From positions 10,426-74,425 of IMG/VR virus record IMGVR_UViG_3300021519_000877: 64,000 nucleotides of DNA. One strand, given 5' to 3'. The DNA comes from a virus. The notes below the pieces were generated by a model. The model was given only the letters and a program-made list of their open reading frames with translations, was not told the DNA's origin and ran no database searches. How positions within the stretch are numbered: the first letter of the stretch is position 1; each line of letters opens with the position of its first letter. Made by a program: the position numbers and the translations under genes. Positions 20,357 through 28,850 of the stretch are shown piece by piece.

Positions 20357-20553
20357 TTATTTGCTCGGTTACTTGTGCAACTATCATTCCATGTTTCTGC
20401 AGCCTGCTTTTGGTATTGCTCTAAATCCCATTTATCTTTTGCCGCAATATATTGATCTTCAGTAAGTCCATGCCAGCCGCAACAATCACCTGTTGGACTA
20501 CGACCACACCCACATGTACCAATCTTACCAGATTCATTAGCTCTTACTTGCAT
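20353..20553 (-). CDS. CDGSH-like iron-sulfur (2Fe-2S) domain small protein
   Basis: CGCGRSPTGDCCGWH resembles C-x-C-x2-S-x-C-D-G-S-H. Confidence 0.6.
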   Translation of the reverse strand: MQVRANESGKIGTCGCGRSPTGDCCGWHGLTEDQYIAAKDKWDLEQYQKQAAETWNDSCTSNRANK

Positions 20554-21008
20554 TATTCAGTTCCTTTCAAACTATCCATAATTACTGTGCGTTCTTTATT
20601 ATACACTCGTTTTTGGAGAAACGCAATAAACTCCTTGTGCTCCATTGTCTCTGCTTTATTTAGAATATTTTGGCAAGCCCGCAAATAATATCTACGACGA
20701 GCAGCCTTGGTAACACCTTTCATATCTTCAACTTTAAATTGAAAAGTGCGGACTAACGCATCTGCCGCCTCGCTTGGTTTACCGTGCCATTCTACATCAC
20801 CATCATTGGTGATAACTAATACGGCCTTATCTTCTTTGTTATTAAATGAAATCATATGGTTAGTTGGCATTAAATTTCCAATTGTTAGTCCTGTTCCTGC
20901 CGAATATCCTGTGTTCCAATTTCCAACAGCAATATTATTATTTGCAATTGACGACCAGGTGTAATTGCTAACATTGCCAGTTAAAGTAAATTGGATAGGC
21001 TCAATCGT
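20553..21008 (-). CDS. Hypothetical protein (start uncertain)
   Basis: Fills the gap between HIT and CDGSH genes; no ATG at the expected overlap (ACG at 21006-21008). Confidence 0.5.
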   Translation of the reverse strand, partial: TIEPIQFTLTGNVSNYTWSSIANNNIAVGNWNTGYSAGTGLTIGNLMPTNHMISFNNKEDKAVLVITNDGDVEWHGKPSEAADALVRTFQFKVEDMKGVTKAARRRYYLRACQNILNKAETMEHKEFIAFLQKRVYNKERTVIMDSLKGTE

Positions 21009-21414
21009 TTCTATATTCCGGCGACTTATAATTGCCTTTGCCCGGGATTGTGTTGCGAACACCGCCAATTGGATCCTCAACGTCGCCCTGGCGACGAGGG
21101 ATAAGATGAACGTGAGGCCACATGACAGTTTGTCCTGCACTTTCGCCATAATTAAATCCAATATTGAAACCGTCCCATTCTCCGGCTTCCACTTTTGTTT
21201 TACCCCAATCCACAGCTTCTTCAAATGCATCTTTTAACACTCCTAACGAATTATATTTAGGCACAAATAATAAGTGCCCAGGGGTACACGGATATTTGTC
21301 GAGAAATATTGCAACATGAAAATCTTCACTGATACAATTATCCCAAGGTGCCCCGCTTTCTTCTAATGTTTCTGGACCATCAAAAATAGTATACTTGATC
21401 ATTTTGTCCACCAA
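21001..21414 (-). CDS. HIT-family nucleotide hydrolase
   Basis: DKYPCTPGHLLFVPK, AGQTV.WPHVHLIPR. Confidence 0.88.
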   Translation of the reverse strand: MVDKMIKYTIFDGPETLEESGAPWDNCISEDFHVAIFLDKYPCTPGHLLFVPKYNSLGVLKDAFEEAVDWGKTKVEAGEWDGFNIGFNYGESAGQTVMWPHVHLIPRRQGDVEDPIGGVRNTIPGKGNYKSPEYRND

Positions 21415-21941
21415 TCTTCGTATGGAAAATCAATCCACACATCATTTTCTGCTTTGTTGATTTCTACCCCGCAGTAGTCCATTTTAACTTTACATTTGCT
21501 AGCAAGATTATCTACAACTACAGCAAAGCGCACATTGTTATTCCACACATTATTCCAGCGATCATCTTTTGGTAAACAACCGCTTTGCCAATCCTCCATA
21601 ATCCAGTTTAGGGTAGCACCACTATCATTAATGTCATCTACAATAAGAATATTCTTTTTACCATCGCCAGAACACATTGGATCGTGGATGGCATATCCAA
21701 ATGCGTCATCGGCCATCCAAAGATTACTTTCTGGGCCAATAAAATCATTATGGTCTCTAAGACTAACACCTAATGTAAACATGGGCACATTAAAGTAATG
21801 ACTAATCATAACAGCAGGCAATAATCCACCGCGGGTTAGTCCTACAATATAATCAGGTTTCCAATTGCTAAGACTAATATCTCGGCATATTTTTCCCATA
21901 TTAAATTGAAACTCTTCCCACTTAATTTGCTTTTTGTTCAC
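21399..21941 (-). CDS. Type I purine phosphoribosyltransferase-like (xanthine/guanine PRT)
   Basis: IVGLTRGGLLPA, PRPP loop ILIVDDINDSGAT, WIDFPYE. Confidence 0.85.
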   Translation of the reverse strand: MNKKQIKWEEFQFNMGKICRDISLSNWKPDYIVGLTRGGLLPAVMISHYFNVPMFTLGVSLRDHNDFIGPESNLWMADDAFGYAIHDPMCSGDGKKNILIVDDINDSGATLNWIMEDWQSGCLPKDDRWNNVWNNNVRFAVVVDNLASKCKVKMDYCGVEINKAENDVWIDFPYEDWWTK

Positions 21942-22398
21942 GTCTATCCTTTAAGTATTGTTCGTTATGAATCCATTTATTATTAACTAAAAATCCCCAC
22001 TCACGCACTTTCTTCATTGGCATGAATAATGTCCAAGCAGTTACCCCAGGGTGAAGCTCAATGCGATGATAGCTGCTAGGGCGGCAGATGCGAAAATGAC
22101 CGGGGCCACGCCATTTGCGTATTTCGCACGTTTTAATGCCGTCTTTGTTGAAACCAGGGATCCACTCATAGTATCCACCTTTTAAAATTAGTGTAGCATA
22201 TGACCACGGATGATCATGAACATCATCTGGGTCACCCTTTAGAAACTTGTGTAGGAATAAATTGAAAGGAAAGTTGTCACGATCCTTTAAAAATAAGTAG
22301 TAACGTTCTAAATATGGCTCATCGCATAGTCGATCTAAAATAACACGTTTGCGGCCGAGACTGTCTAACCAATTAAGAAACTTGTTTATCAGTGTCAT
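21922..22398 (-). CDS. Cupin-fold protein
   Basis: HDHPW..ILKGGYYE and HRIEL metal-binding cupin motifs. Confidence 0.7.
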   Translation of the reverse strand: MTLINKFLNWLDSLGRKRVILDRLCDEPYLERYYLFLKDRDNFPFNLFLHKFLKGDPDDVHDHPWSYATLILKGGYYEWIPGFNKDGIKTCEIRKWRGPGHFRICRPSSYHRIELHPGVTAWTLFMPMKKVREWGFLVNNKWIHNEQYLKDRREQKAN

Positions 22399-22585
22399 CT
22401 TGACTCCTTGCTATATCATACATTAGTTTGAATTGTTCCCAACTGTATTGTAAGGCTGGATATTTTTCACACATACGTCCTAATTTAATAGGATCAATTT
22501 TATATTCAGTTAGCCAGGTAGTTTGTTGATCTAAATGCCCGTCCTCTTCATACATTTCATACAGAACATCTTTAATATGTTTCAC
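22373..22585 (-). CDS. Hypothetical protein
   Basis: 70-aa ORF. Confidence 0.55.
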   Translation of the reverse strand: MKHIKDVLYEMYEEDGHLDQQTTWLTEYKIDPIKLGRMCEKYPALQYSWEQFKLMYDIARSQDDTDKQVS

Positions 22586-22908
22586 AGCTTTAAAGTTTCC
22601 ATGGTAATAATCTTGCCAAGTGCTTTGCCGATATCTTCACCGTCGATAATAACATGTAGACTATTAATCTCACGATCTTTCTGGCGATCATAAAAGCTAG
22701 TCTCTACAATAGTACCACCGGCTGCTTTGAATACTTTGAACTGAATACCACGGTCGTTATGAAACGATACTCCTGCTGTTTGGCCAAGTGAGACTTCATA
22801 AAGTTCACTGTCCACTTCACCGCTATCGTTTAACCAATCACGTAACCATTGTTTAAAAGTTCTGCGTTTACTTCGCCGATTAATTGAGATGCCGTATTTC
22901 TGTCTCAT
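22582..22908 (-). CDS. Hypothetical protein
   Basis: 108-aa ORF coupled to folE. Confidence 0.6.
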   Translation of the reverse strand: MRQKYGISINRRSKRRTFKQWLRDWLNDSGEVDSELYEVSLGQTAGVSFHNDRGIQFKVFKAAGGTIVETSFYDRQKDREINSLHVIIDGEDIGKALGKIITMETLKL

Positions 22909-23720
22909 TTGCCTACGTAGCTCTGTTGTAGTTTAATATTGTCAAAGAACTCTTTCTTAGTATTCATGTCATCTTTAAATGCACCTGTTAATACTGTAGT
23001 TTGAGTTAAACTGCTACCTGCCATAATACCTCGATTTTCACAGCAACCGTGAATGGCTTGTATGTAAACTGCAATGTTCTTTGAACCAGTAGCATTAGAT
23101 ATCTCACGTGCTATATCATTGCAGAGCTCTTCTTGCAAAGTACCACGGCGAGCACACCACTGAGCAATTCGAGTATACTTAGACAAACCAATAAGCCTGT
23201 CGGCAGCAATAATTCCAATGTAGGCAACACCAGAAACAGGCTGATGGTGGTGACTACACATACTACGCAATTCACTCCGCACAACCAACATACCTTTGTA
23301 GCCATCATCCACCTCATTAGGAAAACTTGTTGCATCTGGCGCTTCTTCGTAGCGACCTGACATAATTTCATTAAAATACATTTTAGCAAGACGCTTTGCA
23401 GTACCTTGACTGTTAGGGTCATTCTCACGATCAATAAGCAATGTATCTAACACACTCTCAAATGCCTTAGTGGCTTCTTTGATTAAGATAGCTTTATCTT
23501 TTTCAGTGATGTATTCACTAATATTATCCCCAGCCCAAAAGCGTTTCTTATCACGCTTCATCTTAAAGCGAATAGCATCGGCTAAATTTGCTTCTTTGTA
23601 ACCTTTGTCGCTCATATTCATTGCGGCATCTTCGTATCCAGGATGATACGGTGCTTCCTTAACTAAGTCAGGATTATTATTCATTACTGCTTTTAAATCG
23701 TCTGATGTAAATGTTGTCAA
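22905..23720 (-). CDS. folE: GTP cyclohydrolase I
   Basis: SMCSHH, GLSKY.R, LQEEL, HGCCENRG; TTG start with GGAG SD. Confidence 0.93.
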   Translation of the reverse strand: MTTFTSDDLKAVMNNNPDLVKEAPYHPGYEDAAMNMSDKGYKEANLADAIRFKMKRDKKRFWAGDNISEYITEKDKAILIKEATKAFESVLDTLLIDRENDPNSQGTAKRLAKMYFNEIMSGRYEEAPDATSFPNEVDDGYKGMLVVRSELRSMCSHHHQPVSGVAYIGIIAADRLIGLSKYTRIAQWCARRGTLQEELCNDIAREISNATGSKNIAVYIQAIHGCCENRGIMAGSSLTQTTVLTGAFKDDMNTKKEFFDNIKLQQSYVGK

Positions 23721-23762
23721 TTCTATTTCTCCGAGTTTATGCCGTGGATGGCTTGTATACTA

Positions 23763-24866
23763 CTATTTTATATTCTTTAGCAGATTATTACAACTAAAAA
23801 AATGTTCAGTTAAATCTAATGCTTGTTTATTTAGGCTAGGTAAAAGTTTATTGTAATTTTCCATTTGCTGAATAATCTTAGCACATAGTTCTTTACGATG
23901 TATTATATATTTTTCAAATGATTCTGTCCACTCGCTTGGATATTTAAATCCTTCATAATACATTTCTGAATATGATAAACGATCTGGAACCATCGGAATA
24001 GCATCTACAAGTGCGCCTTCATAGCAACTAATACCTAGCGTTTCTTGTAGGTTGGCTGAAAATACTAGTTTAGCTTCACCTAACAAATTGTGATATTCGT
24101 TTTTACTAAGTTGTTGATCCTGGCAAACAACAAACTCATATTGTGGCAAGTGTTCTTTTAAGTCACGGAATATTTCAACTTGTTTCTCTGGTGCAATTCG
24201 ATGTGGAAATAAAATTAAATCACGTTTGGGCATATGTTTGTATGGAGTCAACAGCCCTTCCATATATTCCATAGGCCAACCAGTTTTAACTATCTTATCT
24301 GTAAGTGTACCTGCACGAAGTTCTGCAAGATCTTCATCAAACCAAGGATTTTCAGTTACTGGTCCATTTTGTAATAGATTAGTAAAAAACATTTCAATAT
24401 GGAACTGTGTGGCAAAATAGTTGTAATCAAATGCGTGATAAAAACTCTTTTCAGCATTTCTAACCCACGGCTTATCTCCAACAAGACGTCCTAAAAAGTC
24501 TTGAGGATCGTAACTGCCAGCATGCCACAAGCCGTGTATTGTTACAGGAATCTGTAACAATTCACTCATATACTTTAAGTTGATGACACCAGGGTGCCAA
24601 GCATCAGTAAAAATAAAGTGATCGCCAGGACTAACTGATCCGGCGCAAAATAAGCGGCCAATTTTTTCAACTTGACTAGACTTATATATATTGGTGCCAC
24701 CAAAATTAAGGAAAGCGCCAGGAGTAGTGGCTTGAGGAATATCCTCAGGGCCTGAGATAATTTGAACATTGTGTCCTTTCTTTCGTAATATAGCAGGTAC
24801 ATGAGTTTTCCACTCGCCGGTATAGCGAGTGGGTACACTTTCTAAATCGACTAAAAATATAGTCAT
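23763..24866 (-). CDS. GT-B (GT4-like) glycosyltransferase
   Basis: FPHRIAPEKQ and QETLGISCYEG (E-x7-E) motifs. Confidence 0.8.
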   Translation of the reverse strand: MTIFLVDLESVPTRYTGEWKTHVPAILRKKGHNVQIISGPEDIPQATTPGAFLNFGGTNIYKSSQVEKIGRLFCAGSVSPGDHFIFTDAWHPGVINLKYMSELLQIPVTIHGLWHAGSYDPQDFLGRLVGDKPWVRNAEKSFYHAFDYNYFATQFHIEMFFTNLLQNGPVTENPWFDEDLAELRAGTLTDKIVKTGWPMEYMEGLLTPYKHMPKRDLILFPHRIAPEKQVEIFRDLKEHLPQYEFVVCQDQQLSKNEYHNLLGEAKLVFSANLQETLGISCYEGALVDAIPMVPDRLSYSEMYYEGFKYPSEWTESFEKYIIHRKELCAKIIQQMENYNKLLPSLNKQALDLTEHFFSCNNLLKNIK

Positions 24867-25087
24867 TAAGCTTCTCTACGTTCCTTAGCTTCACGACGTG
24901 CTTTGCGCTGGAGATACTCTTGAGTGCGCTGCCAATCTTTATAAGCCTTAGATCTGTATAGATCAGCTTCGTTAAAATCGATCAATTCCAAACGGCAATG
25001 ATCGTGCCATGTTTCTAGATCACTAAAGATCTTTGCTACTTCGGGCTTCATAGTTAGATACTTCGCTAACCACTTTGGCTGTGCCAT
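24866..25087 (-). CDS. Hypothetical protein
   Basis: 73-aa ORF. Confidence 0.6.
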   Translation of the reverse strand: MAQPKWLAKYLTMKPEVAKIFSDLETWHDHCRLELIDFNEADLYRSKAYKDWQRTQEYLQRKARREAKERREA

Positions 25088-25098
25088 GTTGTGTTTCC

Positions 25099-25524
25099 TT
25101 AAATTACTATTGAGTTTGTTGGGCGAGTAAGATTATAAGAAATGACGCATCCGTTCTCGCCGTCTTCGGATACATCAATTACTACAGCTCGGTTTGGATA
25201 CCTTGCCGCAATTTGGTCATACAAATCATCTGCGATCATTTCGCACGATTTGAAATCTAATTGAATAATGTCTGTGTTGTATAAACTTTCTAACCAGCGT
25301 TTAAATTGAATAAATTCAATATCGCGATCATTATGGAATACGTCAATTGCCACACGGAAGTGAAAGATATGACGATGTGCGTTTGCTAGGAAACTTACAT
25401 CATATTCACCTGCGGTACATAATGCTGGATCTGTGCCAGCGGCTGGATAACGATGGATACCTTCTTTGCGGAACGATACCCAAATTTGTCTACCTGCGGC
25501 TTGTTTAATTGTTTCAATGCTCAT
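25099..25524 (-). CDS. QueD-like T-fold protein, DpdL-type (putative CDG decarboxylase)
   Basis: LANAHRHIF (LxxxHRHxF), SCEMIA, VSEDGE. Confidence 0.65.
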   Translation of the reverse strand: MSIETIKQAAGRQIWVSFRKEGIHRYPAAGTDPALCTAGEYDVSFLANAHRHIFHFRVAIDVFHNDRDIEFIQFKRWLESLYNTDIIQLDFKSCEMIADDLYDQIAARYPNRAVVIDVSEDGENGCVISYNLTRPTNSIVI

Positions 25525-26066
25525 TTTATGATCTCGTCTTTACCATATTCGTCCCAGCTTGTAAACTGTTCACGTCCTGTTAAACTGTGTAATGTATGAC
25601 ACCAAACACCTGGATTACTTGCCTTGAAGTCTTTGTCGTCTAGTTTAATTGTAGCATTATATCCTAACTGTGTCAAGTATGGAATCTTCACAGATAGTTG
25701 AGGAATAAACTGGCGATGCTCAACTAGCCCACTTTCTAACAACCCTTCAACTTGTGCAACATCCAAATCCAAGGTGCACCAAAAATCAGAATCCAACCAT
25801 TCTTCAATCATAGTTTCCCAAGGTTTCCAGCCTTCACCATCATTAACATCTAGTTTTGGAAAACTTTGATTAGCACCAAAATAGATATGAGTAATAGGAT
25901 ATCCGCCTAGCATATAGTGTGTTTCGAGAGCCTCTGCGATGGCCTCTCGTGATTGAACCCCAACAACAAATAAGGTAAGATGACCGAACGCTGGAGTTTT
26001 TTCAATTTCCTTGCCAACGAAGAATGTTACTGCTTCGCTGGTACCGGTTTCATAATCACGCTTCAT
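25521..26066 (-). CDS. Conserved hypothetical protein in the modification cluster
   Basis: 181-aa ORF (HIYFGANQSF, KLDDKDF..SNPGVWCH) overlapping the T-fold gene start. Confidence 0.65.
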   Translation of the reverse strand: MKRDYETGTSEAVTFFVGKEIEKTPAFGHLTLFVVGVQSREAIAEALETHYMLGGYPITHIYFGANQSFPKLDVNDGEGWKPWETMIEEWLDSDFWCTLDLDVAQVEGLLESGLVEHRQFIPQLSVKIPYLTQLGYNATIKLDDKDFKASNPGVWCHTLHSLTGREQFTSWDEYGKDEIIK

Positions 26067-26198
26067 TTAGGTAGATGCCCACCAGAGAACACCAATGACA
26101 ATTACCAATCCTACTAGGAAGATTCGTCCATGCCGTTTCTGTGTTGCAAATTCTTCTTCCTCGGACCCATACTCAAATCCAATTTTATCTTTTTTCAT
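26067..26198 (-). CDS. Small membrane protein, 43 aa (not in ORF track)
   Basis: MKKDKIGFEYGSEEEEFATQKRHGRIFLVGLVIVIGVLWWAST fills the gap exactly. Confidence 0.5.
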   Translation of the reverse strand: MKKDKIGFEYGSEEEEFATQKRHGRIFLVGLVIVIGVLWWAST

Positions 26199-26400
26199 TT
26201 ATTTTCTTTCTAAGTTCAGTATTTTCATCTACTAACTGTTTGGTTAGTTTTTTATAGTATAATAAATCTTCTTCTTGATGTGACCGCTCTATGGTACATT
26301 TTTCTAAATCTTTAGGAATATCATTGACCCGTTTATTTAGGCCTGCGAGGTAGCCAAAAAATATTCCTACTAACAACCAAATAATATCAGTGGTCATCAA
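26185..26400 (-). CDS. Small membrane-anchored coiled-coil protein
   Basis: N-terminal TM segment followed by a charged helix. Confidence 0.55.
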   Translation of the reverse strand: MMTTDIIWLLVGIFFGYLAGLNKRVNDIPKDLEKCTIERSHQEEDLLYYKKLTKQLVDENTELRKKINEKR

Positions 26401-28055
26401 CCAACCTCACCTATAAGTTCAGTTTCTAACGCTCTTAAATCGTCATCGTCTGGGTTTTCTAAATCAACTTCTTCAGCTTTGGTTACAGTTTCTAATTCAA
26501 ACAAGTTACCAAATGTATTTTGGGCGGGGCCACCCTGTAATCGAGCACCTTCCAAACTAGTTAAGAACGCTTTGGCTTTTGGCTCTTCTAACATAGCAAG
26601 TGCTTCTGCTAAATCTTTAGTTTCGAATAGTTCTGTAACAAAACGATCAAAGTATAAAATGTTGCGTGGAACCCAATCTGAGTATTGATCACTAGTGCTG
26701 TCTTTGGCATTCAACTTGTTCCAATGACGCCAATCTGGTTTGGCTTTAGCAATTTCAATATCCATAAGTTGATTAGCACGTTGAACAGCCTTGATATGAC
26801 ATTCAACATTATGGCCCATCATTAATGCGTAGGCAAAACTATCCCAACTTGTTTTATTAGGAATCTTACCTAACTTATTAAGACGAGGTACTTCGTGATA
26901 ATGATCTGAATTTAGGTGATCAAATTTAACAGGCTCGCCCTTTTTATCTACTCCTAATTCTGCATCTGTTTTACGAGTACCAATATTATAGTAAGCAATG
27001 TCTCCCATTACTAATCTACGACCAATTTCACTTTCAAAAGGAAACGGAATATCTGAACCCGCTAGTGATTTGTTGTCTGGGGCTTTGTCCATAATAACAC
27101 TCCAACGCTTTGGCGTGTGTTGTGCATTTGTGTAGACAAGTCCGTGCGCTGTTGCAATAAACGGTGAGGCGCAATCAAAAGAGATGGTAAATTCTTCATT
27201 AATATGTTTCCTAATTTGTCGTTGAATTGAAGTCAAATAGCAAGACCAGTCTAATTGGGCAGTGCCCAAGAAGTGCATCCAGTTCTTACCTTTTAACAAA
27301 TTATCTTCACGTAGAATCATTAAGCGACGTAATGTGATATCCATCTTACACATATTGGCGCCACCCATCGCCCAACCTTCTGCTTCACGTCCGGCATACT
27401 TGCCTGCAGGATCTGAAAACTCTTTTACACCTTGATACCACTTTTCTGCGGTATCCCAATCACCACCTTGTAATACGTTAAGCCATTTAGTTTGCCCCAA
27501 ACGATTCATCAAGAAGTAATCATTATTGAAACGTGTCTTTTCTAAACAGTCATCAAATGTTTTCAATCCAGTCTTTGGACTATGAATATGATCGCAAGCC
27601 CAAGTCGGCACGTCCAACATCATTGACCAATCTGCTGTGAGCTCAAGCCACTCTAAAATACTTTGGCGTGTCTTATTAGCCGCAGGACCATCGAAGTTCA
27701 ACCAATCAAATTTAAGAACACCCTTACCGATCTGGTATCCACCAGAGTCACCTAAGATCATTGTATTGTTACGATCTCGTTGCTGGATCATCGATTCTTG
27801 TGTCACTGACTTGACTAAGTCCAACTGTGCGTGACCTGCTGAATACAAACCATACTTGTAGGTAAAGTAACCTTCTTCTGGATTTAAAAAGTTCATGCCT
27901 TCGATGCCGCGATCAAACCCCGCAGGCATACGATCATCTGCGATAAACTTTTCTAATCTCTGTTTAGCAATATATGTTGAATAGAAGCTACTAATAGCTG
28001 GCAAATAGACAGCATAGTCTTTTTGTAAAGGAGTTAAATTGACTGGTGGGTTCAT
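26397..28055 (-). CDS. TGT-fold guanine transglycosylase (DpdA-like)
   Basis: DSGGYQ, MLDVP, VLQG, AMGG, HFLG, SFD motifs in TGT order; next to folE/queE. Confidence 0.75.
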   Translation of the reverse strand: MNPPVNLTPLQKDYAVYLPAISSFYSTYIAKQRLEKFIADDRMPAGFDRGIEGMNFLNPEEGYFTYKYGLYSAGHAQLDLVKSVTQESMIQQRDRNNTMILGDSGGYQIGKGVLKFDWLNFDGPAANKTRQSILEWLELTADWSMMLDVPTWACDHIHSPKTGLKTFDDCLEKTRFNNDYFLMNRLGQTKWLNVLQGGDWDTAEKWYQGVKEFSDPAGKYAGREAEGWAMGGANMCKMDITLRRLMILREDNLLKGKNWMHFLGTAQLDWSCYLTSIQRQIRKHINEEFTISFDCASPFIATAHGLVYTNAQHTPKRWSVIMDKAPDNKSLAGSDIPFPFESEIGRRLVMGDIAYYNIGTRKTDAELGVDKKGEPVKFDHLNSDHYHEVPRLNKLGKIPNKTSWDSFAYALMMGHNVECHIKAVQRANQLMDIEIAKAKPDWRHWNKLNAKDSTSDQYSDWVPRNILYFDRFVTELFETKDLAEALAMLEEPKAKAFLTSLEGARLQGGPAQNTFGNLFELETVTKAEEVDLENPDDDDLRALETELIGEVG

Positions 28056-28058
28056 TAA

Positions 28059-28796
28059 TTAAGCCTGTGCTGGAATGATATATTTGTAAGTAGCAATGCC
28101 ACTGTCTAATTCAATCTGCATAGCACCTTGATCATTTGAGATACTAAGTTTTGTATTGTTAGCATCGGCGATCTTCAAAATGCTTAATACTTGGCTAACA
28201 GGCCATGTCCAAGATTTTGTTAAGTTACCTGTAACATTGGCTGCAAATACAAACTCACCACCATGCGTTGATTGGTCACCAAAGATAAATTTAAGATTAC
28301 CATTCTCAGTTTTAGTTAGGAATGTTGTATGCTCGCTATTAGCGGCAGCTTGAAAGTTAAAACGTTGAATAGCAGTTACGCTTGGCTCAACTTCTAAGTC
28401 CCATTTTGCGCCGCGGAACTTAACAGTTTTAAGTTTCTCGTTAATAACTTCAGTGTTCATAAAACGATAATCGTTCTTGAAATCACCTTCTTTATTTTCA
28501 AAGTGAATGCTAACTGGCAATTCTTCACCATTACGTTCTGCATTTACAATTTCAATTTTTGCATCTTCTTTGTAAACAGGGCAATCCAAATGAATTTTTA
28601 ACTTGTTAAGTTGCGGCATACCAAACACACCCTTCATTTCCGGAACCGCTTTGTTTACTTCACCATACATAATAACACTACGGTCTTCAGCCATAGAGTC
28701 AAGTTTAGTATCGGCGTCGCTACCTGTGATTTTTACAATATCTAAAAATCCCAAGCTATGTGTATGTCCTACGATGTCTTTCAATAGATCCAGCAT
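28059..28796 (-). CDS. Sliding clamp (gp45-like)
   Basis: 245-aa clamp-like size and pattern, directly downstream of DNA polymerase. Confidence 0.55.
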   Translation of the reverse strand: MLDLLKDIVGHTHSLGFLDIVKITGSDADTKLDSMAEDRSVIMYGEVNKAVPEMKGVFGMPQLNKLKIHLDCPVYKEDAKIEIVNAERNGEELPVSIHFENKEGDFKNDYRFMNTEVINEKLKTVKFRGAKWDLEVEPSVTAIQRFNFQAAANSEHTTFLTKTENGNLKFIFGDQSTHGGEFVFAANVTGNLTKSWTWPVSQVLSILKIADANNTKLSISNDQGAMQIELDSGIATYKYIIPAQA

Positions 28797-28814
28797 ATAA
28801 ATCTCCTTTGTTAT

Positions 28815-28843
28815 ATTATATTTAGGTTTTTGGTTAAAGTCAA
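28815..28843 (-). promoter_or_regulatory. Sigma70-type promoter TTGACT-17-TATAAT overlapping a TAAATA
   Basis: Upstream of the clamp gene; could drive the whole modification cluster. Confidence 0.75.
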
Positions 28844-28850
28844 TAACATT

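Noticed and set aside
23721-23762. Canonical preQ1-I riboswitch
   Set aside because: Consensus stem and loop sequences absent; kept only as a weak novel-structure candidate
25099-25524. Calling this canonical QueD
   Set aside because: Lacks the C-x3-HGH motif; has LxxxHRHxF instead
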